Source of the DNA: Sinorhizobium meliloti
GTDB taxonomy: Bacteria > Pseudomonadota > Alphaproteobacteria > Rhizobiales > Rhizobiaceae
Length of the DNA: 32,000 nt
Assembly: GCF_017876815.1 (NCBI RefSeq)
Contig: NZ_JAGIOS010000003.1
Coordinates: 1,440,001-1,472,000 of the forward strand
Reading direction: 5' to 3'
The position numbers were made by a program, and so were the translations under genes. This document shows positions 25,979 through 32,000 of the stretch, in pieces (position 1 is the first letter of the stretch; every line of letters begins with the position of its first letter). Below the pieces are notes generated by a model, which saw only the letters and a list, made by a program, of their open reading frames with translations, did no database searches and was not told the origin of the DNA.

Positions 25979-25994
25979 TGTCCACGAACCGACA
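25979..25994. promoter_or_regulatory. NifA upstream activator sequence (TGT-N10-ACA)
   Basis: TGTCCACGAACCGACA is a palindromic half-site pair. With the IS and one TA removed it lies 89 nt upstream of the TGGCAC element on the minus strand. Confidence 0.6.
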
Positions 25995-26066
25995 AAGGTG
26001 ACGGACAATATGGGTGGTTGTCACGCGTCCGAGCATGTGGAGGCGTGGGCGCTTTTCCGAAACTCT

Positions 26067-26209
26067 GGCATTGGTGGTCGGCCCTCCGATTTGCGTTGCA
26101 TTGCCTTCCTCGAAGCTGCGGACGGCACCGGGCGGAACGCGGAAGCTGTCGCCCGCAGCTTCAAGGAAGGCAATGCAACGCGCAAATCGGAGGGCCGACC
26201 ACCAATGCC
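26067..26209. repeat. 143-bp near-perfect hairpin repeat (55/57-nt arms, 31-nt loop). It may be a RIME/MITE-like intergenic element.
   Basis: The left arm at 26067-26121 reads GGCATTGGTGGTCGGCCCTCCGATTTGCGTTGCATTGCCTTCCTCGAAGCTGCGG. The reverse complement of 26153-26209 is identical except for a CG indel and one C/T mismatch. Confidence 0.75.
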
Positions 26210-26229
26210 AACGAAAGCGCTGATTCTGC

Positions 26230-26700
26230 TTGAAGGCACTAAAAAAACGTTTTGTCGAGACCCGGCGTCGGCGCCCGCCTGATGAAAAGGCGCGTCGACG
26301 CCTCAATCCGGCAAGGCTCGAATGAGGTGGCCTGGCGACGCTTTCAGCCGATGCACCGCGCTTCACCTCGAGGTCGCCCGCGCATCAGAAAAGTACAATA
26401 TTTTTGAAGGGAGTCTCAGCCGTCGAATGCAGCTTTGCCCGGTGCTCTTTCGGGAGGGCCATCTAGGCGAGCACATCGTCCATGATGGCTGCGAGCTTTG
26501 GAACTTTCGGTCTGATCTGATCGGCGACGCTGCGCCATTGCGCGCTGGCTGCCTCCGGGTCTCCTGGCCAAAGGCCTTTGCGATGAAGGCGGAGACACGA
26601 CCCGCCGGCCGCTCTTGCCGGCATGCGTCAGAACGTTTCTCATGAAGTGGATACGTGCATTTCCTCGGGAACGCCCTCGATCATCTGCGCGCAAGCATGG
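26230..26700 (-). pseudogene. IS256-family transposase remnant (C-terminal half, several frame changes)
   Basis: The pieces read RIHFMRNVLTHAGKSGRRVVS, AFIAKAFGQE.., QWRSVADQIRPKVPKLAAIMDD.., LPKEHRAKLHST, then weak traces of the ...IKRR...FPN...RL.GA region. The lower boundary is uncertain. Confidence 0.6.
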
Positions 26701-26880
26701 CGACGATTGCCTGAAGGAGCTTCGATGGTTTTATGATCGCCGCGACTCGAGAGGCGAAGGCCGATCTCGCCGCCTGGCTGGGAAAATGGTCGGTCCGCCA
26801 TCCGCGCCTGACCTCCTGGGTCGAGGAAACCATCGAGCAGACGCTGACCTTCTTTCGTCTGCCGCGCCGGGACGAACGGG
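26700..26880 (+). pseudogene. second, different IS256-family transposase fragment, head-to-head with the previous one
   Basis: It reads LKELRWFY | AATREAKADLAAWLGKWSVRHPRLTSWVEETIEQTLTFFRLPRR. Homology then ends just before the stop of the hydrolase gene on the other strand. Confidence 0.55.
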
Positions 26881-26896
26881 GAAATAGCCCCGCTTG

Positions 26897-28087
26897 CTAC
26901 GGCGACAGCGCTCCTCGGATAGCCCTGACCGCCGCCAGCGCTGTCCGCGTCCGCGTAGTGCTGACGAATTCCGGCCAGCTCGACAGGACAACCGCCGCGA
27001 AATCCGCCATCGGGTCGATGTAGATCAGTTGTCCGAAGACGCCGCGGGCCATATAGACGCCGCGTGCGGTATCCTCGATCCAGAACTGGTTGTGATATGC
27101 ACCGGCGGGTAAAACCTCTTGATAGATGCCGCCGAAGAGTGTCGGATCAGCACCGAACCGTGTCCCGGCAATCCACTCGGTCGACACGATACGCCCGCCG
27201 TTAATCTCGCCGCCGCGAAGATGCAGCAGGGCGAAACGAGCATAGTCCCGAAGAGTCGCATTGAACCCGCCGTCGCCGAGAGCATAGCCGGCAGCGTCCA
27301 CGGTGAAATAGGCGTCTTCCTCCGCCCCCATCGGCGCCCACAATTCACGGCTGACGAGTTCTGCAAGCGGGGTAGCGGCGGCGCGCTGTAGAACGAAGGA
27401 CAGTACATCCGTCTCGATCGAGCGATAGCGGAAGGAAGTACCGTGCGGGCACTCCAGATCCTTCAAAGACAGGATCAGGTCCCAGATATTCGTGTGCCAG
27501 CTCGGGTTCCAACGATTCTTCCAGCCGCTGGCGACATCCAACTGCGCCATGTGGGAATCGAGCGCGGTATAGGTCTCATCGAAAACCACGCCGCTGGTCA
27601 TGTCGAGCACGTGCTGGACGGATGCGCCGCGGTAGGCCGTCGCCTCCAGCTCCGGCAGATAATGCGTCAGGGACGCGGCCGGATCGACCACTCCGCGGCC
27701 GATCAGGATGCCGGCCACGGTGCCGACGACCGACTTGGCAATCGACTGCGAGAGGTGCTGGGTATGCCGTGTCATGCCGTTCAGGTAGCGCTCGGCGACG
27801 ATCTTGCCGCCATGGAGCACCAGGAAGCCATCGGCATAGCTCGTCTCGAGGAAGCTGCCAACGGTATAGGCCTGTCCCTCCGCCACGAAGGGAATGGCAT
27901 CGATATCCCGAAGATCGGACGGTAACAGACTTGCCGGCCCCGATCCGCGCCAGACCTGTGTGGTGGGCAGCAGGTCCCGAACATGCTGGAAGGTCCATCG
28001 GTTCCAGGGCGCGCGGTCCCAGTTTTGCATTGGAATGAGAGAATTGCCGGGTGCAGTCGGATCACGGAATGGCGAAATACTGGTCAT
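26897..28087 (-). CDS. beta-lactamase-fold serine hydrolase, NylB (6-aminohexanoate-dimer hydrolase)-like
   Basis: 396 aa. It reads APWNRWTFQHVRDLLPT..., ADGFLVLHGGKIVAERY, the SxxK motif in LSQSIAKSV, VQHVLDMTSG and ...SSWPE. From memory these match NylB/EII blocks in the same order. Confidence 0.8.
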   Translation of the reverse strand: MTSISPFRDPTAPGNSLIPMQNWDRAPWNRWTFQHVRDLLPTTQVWRGSGPASLLPSDLRDIDAIPFVAEGQAYTVGSFLETSYADGFLVLHGGKIVAERYLNGMTRHTQHLSQSIAKSVVGTVAGILIGRGVVDPAASLTHYLPELEATAYRGASVQHVLDMTSGVVFDETYTALDSHMAQLDVASGWKNRWNPSWHTNIWDLILSLKDLECPHGTSFRYRSIETDVLSFVLQRAAATPLAELVSRELWAPMGAEEDAYFTVDAAGYALGDGGFNATLRDYARFALLHLRGGEINGGRIVSTEWIAGTRFGADPTLFGGIYQEVLPAGAYHNQFWIEDTARGVYMARGVFGQLIYIDPMADFAAVVLSSWPEFVSTTRTRTALAAVRAIRGALSP

Positions 28088-28115
28088 GCATGCTCTCGTT
28101 TGCGTTTGAAATGGA

Positions 28116-29045
28116 TCAATCGTTCCGGCGGAGATAGCTGCCTCCGACGAACTCTCCGAAGAGGGTGCCCATGTCGCTCATCATGGCGAAGTTACGCTTA
28201 GCCTTCGGCCCTAGTTTGGTGGCAACGGCGTCGATGAGCAGATTCAGCACGACACTGAGGCTTGCCGTAGAATCCCAGAAAGTTTTCACATGCGTATGCG
28301 CCTCGAAGACGAAGCGCGTATAGGCAAAAGCCCAGTGACTGAACTTGTCGGTGACGATGACCAGCGGCATGTCCATCGACTTCAGCTTCTCCACCAGCTT
28401 GATGCCGCGGGTCGCGTACGAGGCCGTGTCAACGAGGACGACGGCGCTCTGCTTGGGATCTGCATTGATGATCTCGCCAAACGTGCCCGAGGCGTTGTCG
28501 ATGAAAATCACGTTGGAGCGCGCCCAGAGCAGGCGGCTGGCGAAATCCATGGCCAACCCCTTCGAGGCCTGAAAGCCGACGACATAGATGGTGCGCGCCT
28601 TCACGAGCAGGCTTGCGGCCTCGTCCCACACGTCGGTGGTAGTCAAGGCGTAGGCCTTCACGATAGCGTCGAGTTCCAGCCGCAGGCTTTCCTGGAGCAT
28701 CTGCTGTCGGCCTTCGCGCATTTGAAAACGAGACATGTAATCGTCGACTTCGCTATCCTTCTCCGCGACCGCGAAGCGCAACCGCTTCTTGAGGTCGCGC
28801 AGGTTCTCAAAACCGAGGCCACGAACGAACCGCGTGACGGTCATTTCGCTGACGCCCACGGTCTCAGCTATGCTGCTGCCGGTCTCGAAGGGCAATATCT
28901 GGATATTATCCAGGATATAGGCCGCAAGGGTTTGCTCCGAGGGCGAGAAACCGGACATGCGGTCGCGCAGGATCGCTTCGATGTCTATTTTCTGCTCAAC
29001 GTCGCTCGATCCATTAGAATCCGTGCCGCTTCGTGCTTTCACCAC
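28116..29045 (-). CDS. MurR/RpiR-family transcriptional regulator (HTH + SIS domain)
   Basis: 309 aa. It reads SPSEQTLAAYILDNIQILPFETGSSIAETVGVSEMTVTRFVRGLGFENLRDLKKRL, followed by a SIS-like domain (IYVVGFQASKGLA...). Confidence 0.85.
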   Translation of the reverse strand: MVKARSGTDSNGSSDVEQKIDIEAILRDRMSGFSPSEQTLAAYILDNIQILPFETGSSIAETVGVSEMTVTRFVRGLGFENLRDLKKRLRFAVAEKDSEVDDYMSRFQMREGRQQMLQESLRLELDAIVKAYALTTTDVWDEAASLLVKARTIYVVGFQASKGLAMDFASRLLWARSNVIFIDNASGTFGEIINADPKQSAVVLVDTASYATRGIKLVEKLKSMDMPLVIVTDKFSHWAFAYTRFVFEAHTHVKTFWDSTASLSVVLNLLIDAVATKLGPKAKRNFAMMSDMGTLFGEFVGGSYLRRND

Positions 29046-29057
29046 AGTGACAGACTC

Positions 29058-30509
29058 CTAGAAATTGCCGGCGTGAATGGCTGGACGCCCCTGCCCCCAG
29101 ACGCCGGGAGCGCTGTCCACCTCTTCCTCGATTTGCCGCGCCGCCGCAAGCAGCAGATCCTCCCGTCCAAAACGGGCGACAAGCTGAATCCCAATAGGTA
29201 GACCATCCCGGCTGCGTCCAAGCGGTAGGGAGATCGCGGGCTGTCCCGTCGCATTGAACAACGCAGTATACGTCTCCTTCGGCGCAAGATCATTGAACAC
29301 GCCTTCCGCATCGATGCCCGCCCGATCGGGATCGAACGTGCCGATCGGTTCCGGCAGCATTGCGCTGGTCGGTGTCAGCAAGAGATCATATCCAGCAAGG
29401 AAGCATCCGACCTGCCGCGTCACCCGATCATAGACGGCAAGCGCGTCGATAAGCTGTGCACCGCTGATGCCGAGTCCCCATCGATAAAGAGCATATACGC
29501 TTGTGCCAAGCGCTTCCTCGAGCGAGCGATCCATATGCCGCGCCATAGCCGGAATATGTGCGGCAGCGTCGGCAGCCCAGATGACCTTTTGCGCCTGGAG
29601 GAAGGCCGGATAATCAAAGTCCGGCGATGCCTCCTCGACATGGTGGCCAAGGGATGAAAGCCGCTCCGCCGCCGATCTTGCCGCGGTGGCAACCTCCGGG
29701 TCGATCTGCACACCGGACCATGAGCGCGTGCACAGGGCGATGCGCAGCCCCACCGGTCGGTGCTTGATGGCGTCGAGATAGGTGTCCACTGGCGGCGCGA
29801 TCTCATAGCCGTCGCCGGCATCGGGGCCATGGCACAGGTCGAGCAGAGCTGCGGTATCGCGGACTGAGCGTGTGAGCATGAAGGCCGTTGCCAGGCCCAG
29901 AAGCGGGGCATTCCCATTCGGCGCGCCGGTAACTCGCCCGCGTGAAGGTTTCAGACCGATCAAGCCGCAGAACGCGGCCGGATTGCGAATTGATCCACCG
30001 CCGTCGCTGCCCTGTGCAAAAGGCACGATGCCTGCGGCGACGGCCGCGGCGCCGCCGCCGCTGGAACCCGCGACGCCGCGCTCTGGGTTCCACGGATTGC
30101 GCGTTGCCCCATAGAGGGGCGATTCCGTCGCCGCCGGCACGCCGAATTCGGAACTCGTCGTGCGGCCGACATTGCTTAGGCCGCCGGCGCGCAACCGTGT
30201 CCAGTAGACGGAGTCATGGCCGGCGCGGTAACCTTGCGCCAGACGGCTGCCGAATTCGGCCGGGCGGCCCAATTCGATTGGGAAGTCCTTGGTGAGGGTG
30301 GCAATTCCACCGAAGGGGGTGGCGGACGCCACCTCCGGCAGGATCTCGAGCGCGTCCGGATAGAGTTCGATGACGGCGTTCAGCGCAGGGTTCACGGCCG
30401 CGACGGCCTGTTCGACGCACCGGCCGAGCTCCTTTGGCGTGACCTCTCCTTTCGCCAGCAGGTGGGCGAGGGCGGTTCCATCATGGGCTGCATATTCATC
30501 AAGGCGCAT
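29058..30509 (-). CDS. amidase-signature (AS) family amidase
   Basis: 483 aa. It carries GATRNPWN, GGSSGGGAAAVAAGIVPFAQGSDGGGSIRNPAAFCGLIGLKPSRGRV and a C-terminal ...TGQPAISLPLG...GLPIGIQLVA.FGREDLLL. Its start overlaps the ABC gene stop by 11 nt. Confidence 0.9.
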   Translation of the reverse strand: MRLDEYAAHDGTALAHLLAKGEVTPKELGRCVEQAVAAVNPALNAVIELYPDALEILPEVASATPFGGIATLTKDFPIELGRPAEFGSRLAQGYRAGHDSVYWTRLRAGGLSNVGRTTSSEFGVPAATESPLYGATRNPWNPERGVAGSSGGGAAAVAAGIVPFAQGSDGGGSIRNPAAFCGLIGLKPSRGRVTGAPNGNAPLLGLATAFMLTRSVRDTAALLDLCHGPDAGDGYEIAPPVDTYLDAIKHRPVGLRIALCTRSWSGVQIDPEVATAARSAAERLSSLGHHVEEASPDFDYPAFLQAQKVIWAADAAAHIPAMARHMDRSLEEALGTSVYALYRWGLGISGAQLIDALAVYDRVTRQVGCFLAGYDLLLTPTSAMLPEPIGTFDPDRAGIDAEGVFNDLAPKETYTALFNATGQPAISLPLGRSRDGLPIGIQLVARFGREDLLLAAARQIEEEVDSAPGVWGQGRPAIHAGNF

Positions 30510-32000
30510 GGGTCACTACCGGTTGCGAAGGGGGAATCGCAGGGGCCGACGGCAGTCGAGCCAACGAGCCGACCAGCGCCTGCGTATAGGGGTCCTGCGG
30601 CGTGAACAGAACCTGCCGCGCCACGCCCTGCTCAACAACGCGCCCGGCTTTGAAGACATAGACACGCTGGCAAAGGCTGCTCACCACGGCGAGATCGTGC
30701 GAGATGTAGAGCAGCGTCAGCGAGCGCTCACGCTGGAGACGCACGAGCAATTCCAGGACCTGCGCCTGTGTCGTGACATCGAGCGCCGAGGTGATTTCGT
30801 CGGCGATGAGAAGCTGCGGTTTCAGTGCCAATGCTCGTGCAAGGCCGACGCGCTGACATTGGCCGCCGGAAAGCTGCAGTGGCTTGCGATCGCGCAGGCT
30901 GCTCGGCAATTCCACCATATCCAGCAAGACGTCGGCCTCTTTCCGCGCCGCCTTTCGGTCCGCGATGCCATGCCGCCAGATCGGCTCGGCGACGGCCTCG
31001 GCAATGGTCAGGCGCGGATTGAGTGAATCGTACGGGTTTTGGAACACCATCTGCACACGGCGACGGAACGCCGTCAGCGCCTCCCCCCCGAGCGCGCCAA
31101 CATCCTGCCCGTCCAGACGGATCGCGCCGCCGCTCGGCGTGTTCAGGCGAATGATCGACCGGGCGAGCGTGCTCTTGCCGGAGCCGCTTTCGCCTACGAT
31201 ACCAACCCTTTCGCCGGTATTGATCTTAAGGTCTATGCCGTCGATGGCCCGGAAGGGATTGTCGGTTCCGAAGCCGCCGAGCAGGCCCCGCCCGGCGGGG
31301 AACGCCACCGAAAGATTTTCGATGCTCAGCAGCGGCGTTGCCCGATCCGGACCGCTCACAGTGCCATAGCTCTTGCGGCCTGGCTGGGATTCGATCAGCA
31401 GTCTTGTATAGGGATGGCGCGGCCGGTTGATGACTTCATCGATCGGCCCCTGTTCCACCACCTCGCCATTCCGCATGACCACCACACGCGAGCAGATATC
31501 CGCGACGACGCCGAGATCGTGCGAAATGAGGATCATCGCCAGCCCGTTCTTGCGATTGAGCTCCTTGAGCAGTTCAAGGATGCGGGCCTGCACCGTAACG
31601 TCGAGAGCGGTCGTCGGCTCGTCGGCGATCAACATCTTCGGCTGGCAGCCGATCGCGGCGGCAATCATCACCCGTTGTTTCATGCCGCCGGAAAACTCGT
31701 GCGGATAGGACCGTGCGCGCTTTTCAGGCTCGCGGATACCCACATCCTCCAGCAACTTGATCGCGCGGTGTAGGCCTTCGCGCTTGCCGATCCCAAGGTG
31801 CCGGAGCATCGGCGCCGCGACCTGCTGGCCGATGCGGCGCAATGGATCGAGATGCGATGCCGGGTTCTGGAAGATCATACCGATGTCGCGGCCGCGAATG
31901 GCACACAGCTCGTCCTCGCCAAGCGTCAGCAGGTCGCGTCCGTCGAGCCTGACCGTGCCCTCGGCGCGTGCCGTAGCCGGCAGCAGCCGCATCAGGGCGC
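30499..32000 (-). CDS. ABC transporter ATP-binding protein with two fused ATPase domains (Dpp/Opp D-F type). The N-terminus lies outside the window.
   Basis: There are two sets of motifs. The first is LSGGMKQR-type (FSGGMKQRV) with LIADEPTTALD. The second is GESGSGKST, LSGGQCQRV and LIADEITSALD. The frame is open to the right edge of the window. Confidence 0.9.
   Translation of the reverse strand, partial: ALMRLLPATARAEGTVRLDGRDLLTLGEDELCAIRGRDIGMIFQNPASHLDPLRRIGQQVAAPMLRHLGIGKREGLHRAIKLLEDVGIREPEKRARSYPHEFSGGMKQRVMIAAAIGCQPKMLIADEPTTALDVTVQARILELLKELNRKNGLAMILISHDLGVVADICSRVVVMRNGEVVEQGPIDEVINRPRHPYTRLLIESQPGRKSYGTVSGPDRATPLLSIENLSVAFPAGRGLLGGFGTDNPFRAIDGIDLKINTGERVGIVGESGSGKSTLARSIIRLNTPSGGAIRLDGQDVGALGGEALTAFRRRVQMVFQNPYDSLNPRLTIAEAVAEPIWRHGIADRKAARKEADVLLDMVELPSSLRDRKPLQLSGGQCQRVGLARALALKPQLLIADEITSALDVTTQAQVLELLVRLQRERSLTLLYISHDLAVVSSLCQRVYVFKAGRVVEQGVARQVLFTPQDPYTQALVGSLARLPSAPAIPPSQPVVTHAP

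Noticed and set aside
28290-29201. 303-aa plus-strand ORF
   Set aside because: It is antisense to the rpiR-type gene and the amidase 3' end. I recognise no family and the composition is Arg/Gly/His-rich.
31039-31773. 244-aa plus-strand ORF, together with 30370..31026 and 30884..31369
   Set aside because: They are antisense to the ABC ATPase gene, which has unmistakable Walker and signature motifs.
1-32000. CRISPR arrays, tRNA or rRNA genes, nod boxes, repC, or a repABC antisense RNA
   Set aside because: I saw no regularly spaced direct repeats, no cloverleaf-like or rRNA-like segments, no ATCCAY-N7-GATG-type nod box, and no RepB- or RepC-like ORF while reading both strands. A computational scan (tRNAscan, Rfam, CRISPR finders) would be needed to exclude them formally.

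Overview
The window is GC-rich DNA (hand-counted 60-nt samples give about 58% G+C in typical genes). I infer it comes from a rhizobial accessory or symbiotic plasmid. The inference rests on a nifH-type sigma54/NifA promoter with a decayed nifH 5' fragment, RepA-like genes and the IS repertoire. 1-6.4 kb holds ordinary accessory genes: an HTH-membrane protein running off the left edge, a B3/4-domain protein, paiB, a divergent MocR-type regulator, two small hypotheticals and cspA with its terminator. 6.4-19.7 kb is an IS graveyard. It holds a frameshifted VOC gene, a truncated esterase, an intact IS30-family element and an IS110 fragment. It also holds an intact IS66-family element with a perfect 8-bp target duplication inside an IS3 remnant, an IS630 element, a dead IS5/IS427-like element and a Tn3-family end. 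Interleaved with these are four direct-orientation RepA/ParA-like units. The two full-length units keep the HTH but lack the Walker A and Walker B catalytic residues. No repB or repC is present. 19.7-22.6 kb holds a 5'-truncated AztD-ZinT fusion and a COG0523 GTPase, which together form a zinc module. 22.6-26.9 kb holds a resolvase remnant, an AT-richer P-loop kinase/HIT/GrpB' trio and a nifH' fragment. Its sigma54 core promoter is separated from its NifA UAS by a second IS630 element. A 143-bp hairpin repeat and two IS256 remnants follow. 26.9-32 kb holds a minus-strand operon: peptide-type ABC ATPase, amidase, RpiR and a NylB-like serine hydrolase. I saw no rRNA, tRNA or CRISPR array by eye. 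Many single-base frameshifts could be repaired by changing the length of a short homopolymer, so some of the 'pseudogenes' may be assembly artefacts. All family assignments come from motif recognition without database searches.
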